From Isurus oxyrinchus (taxonomy: Eukaryota): 64,000 nt of DNA. The stretch is taken from the NCBI GenBank assembly GCA_026770705.1, contig JANJGN010000014.1:77252001-77316000 (forward strand), in the 5' to 3' direction. Numbering within the stretch: the stretch's first letter is position 1; every line of letters begins with the position of its first letter. The notes beneath the pieces were generated by a model. That model was given only the letters and a program-made list of their open reading frames with translations. It searched no databases and was not told the origin of the DNA. The position numbers were made by a program, and so were the translations under genes. Below are positions 14,014-26,794 of this stretch, one piece after another.

Positions 14014-14651
14014 CAACCCGCCTTCCGCCAACTATTGGGCATTAAGCTCCTTAAGGAGCTTGTTAAAGGGCATGTGTGATTGGGAATGCAATTTTCAGTC
14101 TTCAATTTGCTGAACCCGAAGTTAGTGCATGTTAGTGCCCAAATTGTCCAGTTCATTGCAGAGACATTTGAAATTTCACTTCTTTTTGTCAAAAGTGGAA
14201 GCATGATAGACCAACCAGCGCCAAGTCCAGCCCTATACCTTGGATTTGTTTGAATGGCCTGCCCTAATCAGCAAGGCAGCGACAGCGCCCATCATGGCTG
14301 CCGTCTGCCTTTGCCACTGGTGCTGTGCAGGCAGCTCCTCGTCTCAAAGTAGTAGGAGGTTCTCTCACAGTATTCATTTTTTATATATGTTTCGAGGTTT
14401 CCTCCACAGAACTCCATTTCTGGTGGACTGAAACTGACCTGTTTAATCATGTAGAAATTTCAAGACCTTGCAAATTATAAACTGGCTTTGCTGAAACTAT
14501 TTCCTTGTGTTGGTATGTCACATATCATAAGGTGAAACTAACTATTGTTGCTAGAATTTAATTTTTCCTGAGGAAACTAGATTAGTTCGTTTTTTTTGTC
14601 TGTACTTCATGAAACTGGCTTGGAGAATTGACAGGTTTTAGACTCGGAATG

Positions 14652-14845
14652 CTTGGAGTTTAGCATTTTTGTCAGTGGAGTAAATAAAGTTGCCATTTGT
14701 CAACTGGAGCTGGGAATTACTGAGAGCAACTCTGGCTAGCCATGTTTAAGAGTACATGTGAGACTCCAACAGTTGCTGGCAGTTTCACAGAGTAATGAAG
14801 GTGAATACTGACAGTTTCACCATTATTAAAATTGTAAACTCCAGG
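14652..14845. mobile_element. Small MITE-like element
   Basis: Imperfect TIRs cttggagtttagcattttt / aaaattgtaaactccagg; internal hairpin. Confidence 0.45.
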
Positions 14846-14909
14846 TGAATAGTTTCCATTTTTTTTCCCTCTTGTTCTACCTGAATTCCATTTGCACTTT
14901 ATTTTATAG

Positions 14910-16084
14910 TGTTAGGAACTAGAGGTTGCTTTAATTTAAATGTGTATTTGTGAGTGTTAGGAATAAGCTATAGCTTTAAGTTTAAGTTTATTGATAAATT
15001 TTTATTTGTGTGTTAAAAGGGTGAAACCTGGGTCTAGTTTCATTTAATGTTTTCTCTGTGAGATGGAGTCAGCAGATCTGGAGTTGTTTGTGTACATGGC
15101 ATTCCAATGAGGTTTTACAACCCTTGAAATTGGCCCATGGAAACCAGGTGCCAGGGAAGGCAGGAAGGGAGCTGCAGAGAGCAGGTCCCAAAGAAAAACA
15201 GTCCCAGAAATCAGAGAGTTGGGCAGAAGATGTTCCAAGGAAGACAGCTAAGTCAAGGAACAAGAACAGGAATCGGGAACAGGTCCTATTCCGTGGAATT
15301 GAAAGTAAGGAGCAGAGGAAAAGGCTCCGAATTAGAGAGAGAAAGCTGCAGGGAGCAGAATCAAGGCAAAGTGGACTTGCAAGAAGCCTGAGGATCGGTG
15401 GAAACAGCCAAAGGTGGGTGACTCCTAACTAGGGTCTGTGAGGCAGTGGTGTTCTGGTGGCACAGCTGAATATCTGAGAAAGCATGTGGAAGGCAAAGCT
15501 TGAATGGATATAGATATCCAGGAGAGGAGAACATTGGAAGGAGAGTTCAAACCATTGGAGGTGGATGCTTTTTGAAAACGTCCAAGTGAAAGCGTTGTTT
15601 GGGAGATGAGTACTTCGAGCATTGAGATCAAAAACCCTCAGGAGAAAGATGGAGTTCTATGAGACCTGTTGGCTCATGGTGTGACTTGTCTAGGGGGAGT
15701 TGATGAGAAATCTATCTGCTTTGGGTAGCACCTGTCATTTGGTTTCAGAGTGTGGTGTGGCCAACCGCAAGTCATCCATTGGTTTACCTGGACAATATAC
15801 TTACTGTGAATATTCGAATATAAGATAGATTTTGTAAATTATGTTATCCTTACAAATCTGTAAAGGTATGGTTGTGGGTGAAGGAGTAGTGTAATATAGT
15901 TAATCTTTTTCTTATTTAATAAATGTTTTATTCTTTTGTTAAAAGTTAATCAGCGGACTCTGTGACTCTGTTCAGTAGCCGCACTCCATATTTCTAAATA
16001 AAAAATAACAGTTGGGATCTATCAAGTCAAGTTCCACCCTGGGACCTGTCTTGTCCAGCAGTAACATCAGCTGGAATCATAACA
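14910..16084 (+). mobile_element. Solo LTR
   Basis: TGTTAGG...ATCATAACA termini; AATAAA near 15918; homologous to the reverse complement of 24632-25940; imperfect TSD (ATAG/ATAA). Confidence 0.75.
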
Positions 16085-17582
16085 ATAATCATCTCTTAAG
16101 TTTGGCTCTCTTTCTCATTCTTTTCCTTGGTATGACTTCTCTATGTCTGTTCATGTTTTTTGCTGTCACTCACTTTATCTTTATCTCTTTAATCTTTGCT
16201 TCTGTCTTACTTTGTCTCCCTTTTTAAAGATCTTTTGCCCTCCAATGTTTACTTTCCACCAACCGACAGACTTAGGTGAGAACAGTGAAGCTGGCTGCAG
16301 TCAGGGTTGATTTCGGTAGAGGTGGCTGCTGCACTCAGATCAGGCAAGGGGAGTGAAGCTGGAATACTTAAGTCAGTCATGGGAGAGGGCAGAACTGGAA
16401 CACAACTGTACCCAGAATTAGGACAAAACAAGGTCTGAAGTATTTGGGAGAACCTTGGTGGAAGGGAGCTGAACCGCATAGGGAGCACTCAGCGTGGGCC
16501 TGAGGGACATAAGCAGACCTTTAGTACAGCGGATGGCTCTGGAAGGAAGATAAGACTAGACGGAGTGGATAAAATACCTAGGAAGAAGACTAATGAAGGG
16601 GAAGGATGGAAGTTATTATGATTGAAGAAGGTTTGACCCTTTTATCTTCATGGTCCAATTGATCTGTACTGCCATGTGGCGAACATGGACAATGCTGGGA
16701 TCTGATTGGTGAGTTCAACACTACTTTCACATAGCAGAGATTAATGGTTACATTTAAAAACTGGTAGAAGTACAGATTTTTTACCTCAGAATCCAACATT
16801 ACTTTCTATTTAGGAAAATTGATGTTCTAAGTGGAAAGTATTACAGGACCTGCTGATATCAATTAGATAATCATAAGTGGTTAACTGTTGCTTTTTTGTT
16901 TCTTCGTTGCAATCATACTCCTGGTGTTGAATATGTTAGCAGGGGAAAATATAGTACCAACAGGAAACTATAAAGCATAGTTAGGGCAAGTTGTAATGTA
17001 ATTTTCTGTGGTTTGAATCTCATTTACAAGCCATTGTCCAGCATTGGTACACATCTCAAAGCAGTTTTTCATACCTTCATAAAATGTAAAGCAGGAAGAA
17101 TATCCTCTTTTTTAATGTTGCTGTGTGCCTTTGAAAAACTAGCAGAAACAATCTGCTTGACATATTGGTATGTTCTTGTAAATCCTGTGGATTCCTAGTA
17201 ATAAAAATTGCATTGAGTTCAAAATTATTTTCTGCCATCTTTTTGAGTATAACTGTGCCTGTCTGCAAATCTTAAATATTCAATTTTTTTTTTTGCATAG
17301 TCTCTCAAATTTGAAAGTTCAGATCCAGAGTTTTATTGTTAGGAAAATGTACTATCACCTGTGCACTGGAACAAGATTAGCAAGCACGTGGACACAGCTT
17401 TCCATTTAAAGAGAATTCTCTGTCAACTAATCTGTGATGAAATTGAGAATAATGGCTACCTGATAGTGAAAATATAACTTCTAATCAGATTCAGGTGATA
17501 TTGTTAGCAAAAACTAGTTTATAGCAAACATCTGAACACCTGAGATTTAATTACTACCATAGGAAAGTGCTTAGTGGTAACT

Positions 17583-17794
17583 AGAATAAAAACAAAAATA
17601 CCTGGAAAAATTTAGCAGGTCTGACAGCATCTGTCAGACTGCAGAGAGGGATGACCCTTCATCAGAACTCATACAGACTCGAAACGTCAACTGTATCCCT
17701 CTCCACAGATGCTGTCAGACCTGCTGAGTTTTGCCAGGTATTTTTGTTTTTGTTCTAGATTTCCAGCATCTGCAGTATTTTGCTTTTATCTTTT
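17583..17794. mobile_element. Miniature Penelope-like insertion (inverted pseudo-LTR pair)
   Basis: Perfect 15-bp TSD TGCTTAGTGGTAACT (17568-17582 and 17795-17809); inverted arms with a ~35-nt extra tail on the right; homologous to the ends of 35402-37990. Confidence 0.85.
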
Positions 17795-18290
17795 TGCTTA
17801 GTGGTAACTGTTTGGCAAGAAGAGTGTTTGACTTGCTTTTACTTTGTGTCACAGCTCTCTGTGGACACCAACTATTCATATACTACAAATTTTTGTAATT
17901 GTTTGCAGTTGATGACCAAGAAATTCTGTCATGAGTGAATATTCAGTGATTTATGTAAAGCAAATTATACTATCAAATAGATTAAACCTATTTCCAGCTC
18001 AAATAGTCATCTCAGGGTAAGTTCTTAAAATAGGTGTTTACTCCTTAATGCTTATCTACTTCTTTCCCTTTTGAGTGATCTTCAAAATATTTTCTCACTT
18101 ATACTATCTTCACTTTTCTAGCTATTCCATTACAAAAAAGTGACAAATAAAATATGCATAATTTATATTTGTTTAAAAGATTTTACTAACCTTTTGTGCA
18201 ATTATGGAACATGTGAAGCGTATCAAAATATTTTGTGAATGATTGGAGTGTCAATTGTCCTATCTGCCTAGTTATTTTCCATTAGCAGTG

Positions 18291-18314
18291 CATCATCATC
18301 ATCATCATCATCAT
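18291..18314. repeat. (CAT)8 microsatellite
   Basis: Read directly from the sequence. Confidence 0.95.
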
Positions 18315-18457
18315 GATGAAATCATGCTGCCAGGAAAGTGCCATGTCTGCATTTAATGACTGATGCCAGATTAATGTGTTTTATAGTTTATTGCCTCAGC
18401 AATTCATTACAACAGATGGTCTGTGTAAAAATGACTTTTTTTCTCCTCATTTATAAG

Positions 18458-18640
18458 CGAGCAGAAGAGGAATTTGGGATGCTTGCCAGCTACCTTGGGT
18501 TACTGCCGCCTTCTCTTCAGTCAAGTGATGAGGTCAATAGTTCCTCCTGCCTTGAATGGCCAATAGCAGCTCTAGATATTATATCTCAGTGGTGCTTGGA
18601 AGTAACGACTTCTGCAGAGAGTCACTCAGAACAAGTAATG
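18458..18640 (+). CDS. UBR3: UBR3 coding exon
   Basis: Pyrimidine tract then ttataag| (first AG, in frame); donor |gtaaga; 183 nt; RAEEEFGMLASYLGLLPP...SCLEWPIAALDIISQWCLEV...HSEQVM; the exact acceptor is slightly uncertain. Confidence 0.9.
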
Positions 18641-20334
18641 GTAAGATTAACTTGTGCTTTTCACAGCAAATCTACTTTGTAATATATTTCATAATTGCTT
18701 ATTTTCATTTTTTGATTTGTATGCCATTTACTTGACTCTAAATTCCAGTTGAAAATCAGCTGCTTTCCACTCAAGCTACCAGACTACAACCTTGTTAAAC
18801 TCTTATGTTGCTACTTAAGTGACTCAAGGGAGTTCAATTCCGAAAGGAACACCAAACATTATTGTAAATGATGACTTTTCCCAGAGAAGATGAGAGCAGC
18901 TGGTTAAGATAATTGCTGATCTCCATTTCTGAAGACCTTTGGTCTGACATAGCCCAGAGGAAGAAGAATGGGGGAGGGTGAAAAAGTGCACATACAGTGC
19001 TCATGAAGTATAATCATTGCTTACTGTTTCAGTTCTATAAAATGTAGGTAAGAAGCATTGTAAAGTGAAAGCTTAGCTGATTATTTGGTATATTTATATC
19101 CTAATAATTTTTGTAATATATAGCCCTCCTTCCCAGAGTCAGGGAATACAGGAATAGTAAATTATATTGCCTCTATCCCTCTAAATTGAGTATTTAAATA
19201 AAGGTCATCTCAACTTCGACCCATACATTCAAGTGCAAATGTTTGGACAGCTCTCCTCAATGAAGGTCTGGTTCTGAATTATTTGATCATTAATATGCAT
19301 ACAGTATCAAATGAATGAATTTGGCTATTCAGGCTCACCATTTTCAGTTGAGTTCAGATATCTAATTTTCCAGCTAAAATATATATTAATGTGAACCTTC
19401 CAGAGAGTTGCTTTTTTAAATGAGAAACTCCTGAAACATTGACCTTGTTGATCTATTAGATAAAGTTGCTTCAAAGCTAAGAAGTATATTGTCTTAGCAT
19501 TCACAAGGCAGTAAATCACTTGAGCATTGGTCACCCCAGTTTCAAAATCAATTGATGGAGGAGCTACAATAGGCAGTGAATAAAAGCAGTCTTGATTGAG
19601 CAGTCCAAGTGGATTAGCTTGGCTTTCACATGGTGTGATGGAGAATGTATGAAAAGACTAACACAGCTGACATTTAAGTAAATGAAAGATCTTAACAGCT
19701 GGAGCAGTAGCAGATGCTGTATCAACATGAAAAGTGATGGCTGTGGAAGAACATATATTATTAAAAAAAACAGGTAAAATGCTTCAATATGTGAAGAGAA
19801 TTGATATACTGCTTAAATATTAGAATGCATTATGCAGCCATTTTAAGGAGCAAATTTGCAAACCATCAGATGTAGCAAAGTTTTGAATTGTTCAAACAAA
19901 AATGGTGCACTGTTTCATTTTAAACAATTTATGTCACAGCTAATTTTTTTCTAAATGTACAAAACTTACGGAAAAAAGTAAAATTTGGGATTATCAATTT
20001 TCAAAAGACCAACCAGGTCATCAATTTCCTAAGTATTACCTCAACCATCTCTTTCTTTTCTTTCTTCCCAAAGGTAGCCCCCTCCAAGCTACCTGCCCCC
20101 TGTTCCTTGGAGATACTTTGAGCAGAATTCAATGCCTCCGAACACAGAGACGAAATCTGAGGCAGTGGGGTGGTGCCATTTGATCAGGCAGGGGGTGCAA
20201 GATGGGGACCCTGCCACCTCCCCACCAACCCCTGGCAGCTCATGGGGGCCAGGATTTGCACTTTACTGGGGCTAGTCCTGGAATTAAAGGTCACCCGTGG
20301 AGCCAGGAGTCCTAACAGCAGGGCTTCCACAGCC

Positions 20335-23110
20335 AAATAGTAAAAAGGTGTTCAGAAAAAGGGTAGGATTGATTATGAAGCAAAAAGATCTTGAAGAGGC
20401 AGAGGGCATGGTTGAGGTGCTAAATGAGTACTTTGCATCTGTCTTCATGGAGGAAGAGCATGCTGCCATTCTCTAAGTAGAAGAGGAGGTAGTAGAGATA
20501 TTGAATAGAGGTAACGCTTAAAATTGGCAGGACTCAAAGTAGAAAAGTCACCCCATCCAGATGGGATGCATCCCATGGGCAGAATTTTCCCCCGTTGGGG
20601 GCGAAGTTGAATGGCGGGCGTGCACAAGCGTGCCTCCGATCAGGGGCAGCACCTTTTTACGTGGCCCGCCCAGCACGATGTCCGCACGGAAGCGCTATGA
20701 GCTCCCTGTGCGGGGGTGGGGGGGCGAATCCCTATATCGAGTGTGTGCTCTTTCGCACATGCGCACAAAAGAGTGCATTCATCTCCCTGAGGCTAAGTGC
20801 AGCCTCAGGGAGATTGGCTCTACTCTCAAAAATATTAAAAATAGAAAAAAAAAATTCCCTGACAAGTCCCCTCCCCTCATGTGACACTGTCACCTAAGTT
20901 GGGAATGTCTATAATTTTTACAAAAACTTAAATAAAATTTTTTCAAACCTACATGAAACCTCATCCCGCCCGTGGATGAAGTTTCATGCTTTTTCTAATT
21001 CCCTCCGGGACTCCTGGCCTATCCGCCAACCTTAAGGTTGGACGGGCAGGTCCATTAATTAGCTAAATGACTGTCAATGGCCTCAATTGGCTATTGACAG
21101 GTCAGTGGGCGCACAGCTGATTTTGCTGCACCCCCGCCTACCGGAAAATTTAAATGGGGTGCAGTGACGTTGGGAGTTCCGCCCGACATCATCCAGCGTC
21201 ATTTTGTGCATCGGCGAGTGGGCCCCGCTCGCCAATGGGAAAGTCCTGCCCTACGTTGCTGAAGAAAGTAAAGGGGGAAATTGCAAAAGCTCTGTCTACT
21301 TACTTTTAATCTTCACCAGATTTGGGAGTGGTGCCAGAGGACTGGAAGATTTCAAACGTTACACCCCTATTCAAAGAAGGGGGAGAGAGCTAAACCCAGC
21401 AACTAAAGATAAGTCAGCGTAACATGAGTCATGGGGAATCTTTTAAAGTGAATAATCTGATTAGCACTTGAGAATATATTGGTTAATAAAATGAAAACCA
21501 GCATGGACTTGCTAAAGGTACATTGTATTTGGCTACCTTAAATTATATATTTGATGAAGAAACGAGGTTGATCAGGGTAATGCAGTTAAATGTCCATATG
21601 GACTTTGATAAAGTACCAGATTATAGATTTATGAGCAAAACTGAAGTCCATGTGATTAAAGCCGCTGTGAGAGTAGGGATACAAAATTAGCTAAGGGACA
21701 GAAAGCAGAGACTAGTGATGAACAGTGAGTTTTAGATTGTTTGGAAGTATACAGTAACATTCCCCAGGGGTCAGTGTTGAAATCACAGGTCTTTTTGATA
21801 AATGTTAATGACCTGGACTTGGGTATACATGACATAATTTGATAACTTGCGGATGTTATGCAACTCTGAATAAACAAAGAGAAGGGCATAAACTGGTGAA
21901 ATGGACAAATACATGGCAGATGAAATTTAATGCATATTAGTGTCAAATGCTATATTTTCGTAGGTAGAATTAAGAGGTGCAATTTAACCTAAATGGTACA
22001 ATTTTGAAGTTTGCACAGAACAGAGAAACCTGGGGGCATTTGTGCACAAATTTTTGAAGGTGGCAGGACAAGTTGAGAAGGTTGTTTTTTTTATTCATTC
22101 ATGGGATGTGGCTAGGCAAGCATTTAATGCCCATCCCTAATTGCCCTTGAGAAAGTGGTGGTGAGTTGCTGCCTTGATTTAAAAAAAAGCATGACTTTTG
22201 TCTTTATACATAGAGGCATAGAGTGCAAAAGCAAGCAAATACACTAATCTTTACAAAACACTGGCTATCTCCAGCTGGAGTATCGAGTTCAATTCTGGAT
22301 GTCACACTCTAGGAAGGATGTTAAGGCCTGTGACAGGATATAGAAGGATGAGGAACCTCAGTTATGTAGAAAGACTGGGGTTGTCTTCACAACAGAGTTT
22401 AGAAGAATGAGAAATGATCCCATTCGAACATACAAATTCCTTACAAGGCTCGAAAGGGTAGATACAGGAAGGATGTTTCCCCTAGTGTGGGAGTGGGGTG
22501 GTGTTGGTCAAGAACCAGGATACACAGTCTCAGAAAAAGGGGCAGGCCATTTAGGACTTAGATGAGGAGGAATCTCTTCATTCAGGGGGTGGTGAATCTT
22601 TAGAGGGCTATGGAGGTTCAGTTATTGACTCTGTTCAAGACTGAGATCAATAGATTTCCACATATTAAAATCATCAAGGGATACATACGGTGATAGTGCA
22701 AGAAAATCGTGTTGAAGTAGAACATAAGCCATGATCTTATTGAATGGTGGAGCAGGCTCGAAGGGTTGAATGGCCTACTCCTGCTCCTGTTTCTTATGTT
22801 CTTAACAGAGAAGGTTAAGAAGAAATTTGATAAAGGCGTTAAAACCATGAAGTATTGTGATAAATGATGAGATGCTTTTCAGTGGCAGAAGTGTTAATAA
22901 CCAGAGGACATAGGTTTAAGGAAATTGACAAAAAAAACAGAGGCAACATGATGCTGAGATGATCTGGAAAACACTGTCAGAAAGGGCCGTGGAAGCACAT
23001 TCAAAAGTAATCTGAGGGAATCAGATAAATACTTGAAGGGAAAATTTGCAGGGTTATGGTTAAAGAGTAAGGTGGAGTGAGACAAAATAAAGAGCCATTC
23101 CAAAGATTCT
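20335..23110 (+). mobile_element. Decayed CR1 ORF2 with a nested MITE and nested LINE tails
   Basis: LNEYFASVF, KSP.PDGMHP and PQGSVL remnants; a second CR1 3' end at ~22375-22805; a minus-strand tail fragment at ~22085-22180. Confidence 0.8.
20577..21251. mobile_element. PIF/Harbinger-like MITE, copy 3
   Basis: TIRs GGGCAGAATTTT / GAAAGTCCTGCCC; interrupts the CR1 at GATGCATCCC|..|GTTGCTG. Confidence 0.85.
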
Positions 23111-23978
23111 CTGATTCTTTGGACATTGTGTTGCTAAGAATCCAATGGTACCAACCACTCTTGGCCAAAAATTGTTGGCACTGAGACAACAACACTAAAT
23201 TCTGTATTAATCAGAGGCAGCTTATTCTATGTTCATCATGAGCAGAATATAACTGATCCCTATTGGAAGATATCTATTACTTTAGAAATATGAGATTTAC
23301 ATCAGAGAGGGTTTCCCCAGCTCATGGATCCCTGAACTGCAACACTGAAGCAACTGCAATGGCTGTTGGCACCAGGTACCCTCCAGACTGCACATTAGTA
23401 ATAGGCAAAACAAAGTGTAGATGTTCTCCTGAGGATGTTAACAGTACCCCTGCCTCCCACCATAACAACACCAAATCATAAGCCAAAAAAAATCTCTAAC
23501 CAAGCATCAGTTTGAATTCCAAACCCTCCACTTTCTTGTGGAGGATTAAGTAACCTATCTGGAAGGATTTTTTTTGATGAGAACTCCTTGGGGACTTTCT
23601 AGAAAGAAGAATTTGAGAAAGTCACAGAGAATTTGCCACCTTTGGACAGTAACCCAAAGATTCTCAGAGCACAGGAATAATTAGTTTCCCACTCTTAACA
23701 AGACTTAGTCAGCCATGATCAGCGGCAAGAATCCATTGTCCTGTGCACTCCATTGAGAGTTTCCAGAAGATACATGTCAGTGTATTGCCTCTGATAAAGA
23801 TAGTCAGGTCAACCATTTTAAGCCTTAACTTTCACGTCTCACTTAATGGAGATTGCAGGTAACTTTTAGTGATGTTTTCATCAGGAAAACATTGCAATAA
23901 AGGTTGTGATCTTCACATATTATTGTAAATAGTGTCAAAGCAAGTTTGAGACTCAAAACATTTTCTTTTCACTTACAG

Positions 23979-24188
23979 AATCTACTTGTTCAGGATCCAC
24001 AGTGGTCTTTACCATGTCTTCTTCAGCTACCGGAGAATTACAATACCATCTTTCAGTACTATCATCGTAAAGCCTGTGTTCACTGTTCAAAGGTGCCTAA
24101 GGATCCAGCTCTTTGTCTAGTGTGTGGTACATTTGTATGCCTCAAAGGTCAATGCTGTAAGCAGCAAAGCTATTGTGAATGTGTACTG
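23979..24188 (+). CDS. UBR3: UBR3 coding exon (Cys-rich C-terminal domain)
   Basis: ttacag| and |gtgagt; 210 nt; NLLVQDPQWSLPCLLQLPENYNTIFQYYHRKACVHCSKVPKDPALCLVCGTFVCLKGQCCKQQSYCECVL. Confidence 0.97.
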
Positions 24189-24631
24189 GTGAGTAAATGA
24201 AATAAATTTTAAAAGAATAAGAAAAAATACAATTTTTGGTTTAACTGTACAATACTTTGTGGTTTTTCACAATGGGAATCAAGTAGTCTTTCGTGAAGTG
24301 TTTAGAGGGTAGGTGATAATTAGATCTGGTCAGACAGATGTAATTCTGTCCCCAGTTTAAAACCATTTTAATAATCCTTCACCTTTTTATAAATCCTCCT
24401 TAAAACACACCTCTTTCCCAAGATTTTGGTCAACCCCTCCTAATATAATCTTCATTGGTTTGGCATCCATTTTTGTCACTTTTGTTCTGTATTAAAGGCA
24501 CTGTATAAATGCACATTGTTTTACACTTCCATTCTAAATTCTTTTGTCTGCATTTAAAATGGAAGCTGCTTAGGTAAATGTGCTGCACTATATTTCCAGC
24601 TTCAGCTGGCCATAGGATATGGTTACAGCAT

Positions 24632-25940
24632 TGTTGTGATCCCCAGCTGAGGTTACTCCTGGATAAGCCTGATCCGAGAGTGGGGCCCAGCTTGATAGAT
24701 CCTAACTTTTATTTGTTTGTGTAGATACATGGAGAGCAGCTACTGAACAGAGGCACAGGAGTCGGCTGATGAACTTTTAACAAAAGAATAAAATATTTAT
24801 TCAACAAGAAAAGATGAACTATATTACAATACTCCTTCACCCATAACTATACCTTTACTGATGTATACAGATTTGATTTGTAAGGATAACACAAGTTACA
24901 AAAGCTGTCTTATACTTCAATCTTCACAGTAAATACACAGTCCATGTAAACCAATGACACCCTATGGTCACATACACCACATTCTGATCTCAAGTGACAG
25001 ATGCCACCTCAACCAGATGCAATGGATCTTTCCTCAACTCCTCCCAGATGCTTGTCACACTGTGAGCCACCCAGTCTCACTGAATTCCTTCACACAAGGA
25101 TTTCCAATCTCCACACTACAACCGCACCTTGGAATCTTCTCCCAACCCAACACTTTCTCACTGACGCTTTGTGCAAGGGTTCACCTCCAGGGTTTTGAAC
25201 TCTCTTTCTGATGTTCCTCTTCCCTGGGTCGCTACAAGCATTCAAGCTGTCTTCCACGCACTCTCTCTCACTGTCTGAGCTGTCAACAGTATACCATTGC
25301 TTCACATGCCCTTAGAAAAGAATTACACACCTTCATTTGTCTCTTTGGACTTTCTTGCTTCTTACAAGCTGTTCTCACTTTAAATCTGCTTTCTGTAGCT
25401 TTTGCCTCTTTAAATCTGAAGCTTGGGGCCTTCCTGCCCCTCACTCTTAATTTCACTTAACAGGACCTTTTCCCAGGTTCCTGTTCTTCCTTTGACTGCA
25501 AGGTCTCCTTTGAACTTTCCCTTCTTCTACTCTCCTCGATTTTTGGCGTTTTTCTTTAGCTTGGGGCCTGTTTGTTATTTTGGGAAATCTGCAGTTTCCT
25601 CTCCCAGTACCCAATCTCTCTGGGGTCCTGGCTTCAACTGAATTTAAAACTGCTGTTTCTTTAGTTCAGTATGTGTGTCTGTGGGAGGAGCCTGCTTATC
25701 TGGTCCCCTGTTGCTAGCAACAGCACTATTTCTACTCTTGTGTGTTTATTTTTACTTTATAGGTGTCGTAAACTTCTCATTAGAAACGCAAGCAGCCTTT
25801 TAAAGCGAAACTAAAACTCCATTTGACTTTTCTTAACACACACAGAAATGGAAATCAAACTTAAACTCCAAAGCTAAAACTCATTTCTAACACCCACAAA
25901 TACAAATATAACATACTTAAACTATCTCTGTTTCCTAACA
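24632..25940 (-). mobile_element. Solo LTR with 5-bp TSD
   Basis: TGTTGTGATC...TTCCTAACA termini; exact TSD AGCAT at 24627-24631 and 25941-25945; same family as 14910-16084. Confidence 0.85.
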
Positions 25941-26098
25941 AGCATATGATGCACCTCAGTGTTAGATTTGGGAGATAAATTAACTCATTCTGACTGGCTT
26001 ACTGTCTGATTTTTCTTTCCCCACTCTTCCTGATTTTTCTGTGTAAAAGGTGCTGTATAAAGGCAAGTTGTTGCATCTTTGCTCACCATTATTTTTGT

Positions 26099-26399
26099 GT
26101 GTCAGCTGTGGCTCAGTTGATAGCACTCTTGCCTCTGAGTCAGCATTATCTCGAAGAAGAGCAGGAGATTTATTCCTAGTATCCTGTCCTGGCCAGCATT
26201 TCTTTCTCAATCAACATCTCAAAAACAGATTATCTGGTCATTATCTCATTATCATTTGTTGGGGTTTGCTATGTGCAAATTAGCTGCTGTGTTTCCGACA
26301 TTACAGCAGTGACTACACTTTAGAAGTATTTAATTGGTTATAAAGTATTTTGGGATGACCAGTACTCATGAAAGGTACGATATAAATGCAGGCCTTTTT
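26099..26399 (+). mobile_element. tRNA-derived SINE (SacSINE1/DeuSINE-like), internally deleted
   Basis: A-box-like TGGCTCAGTTGA head; central cagattatctggtcattatc..gtgcaaattagctgctg block; L2-type tail ..tataaatgca. Confidence 0.7.
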
Positions 26400-26794
26400 G
26401 ATTTGGGGAAAAATACAGCAATATGAAAATGTGGGTCTTCACATCTCACATAATTAAAGATTTCTCTGAATATACAAGATCATTTTCTGACCACTGGATG
26501 TTTTTTTAATATGGGCAACATTCAACAGTCCTTTCTTTAATGCTTTACTATACTCTCTGAATTTCTAAGTATCACCATTTTCAGGTCAAACATTCCATTT
26601 TTTTAATAGTTTACAGAGGCCTATTCATTTAGTCATTAACTTAAATATTGTTATTGTACTGTTGACTCTTTTTAGAGATTCTGTATTCTTAAACTGAACT
26701 GAACAATGAACTATATTAAAAAAAAAGGAAAGACTTGCATTTATATAGCACATTTCATGACCACTGGACATCTCAAAGCACTCTACAGTAATCA

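Noticed and set aside
17429-17547. C/D-box snoRNA-like arrangement (GTGATGA 17434, CTGA 17460 and 17540, 4-bp terminal stem)
   Set aside because: At best ~7-8 nt of complementarity to recalled 28S sequence; such motifs are expected by chance in 64 kb. It would need snoscan/Infernal or small-RNA support.
26099-26145. tRNA gene
   Set aside because: Only an A-box-like SINE head; no cloverleaf; continues into a SINE body.
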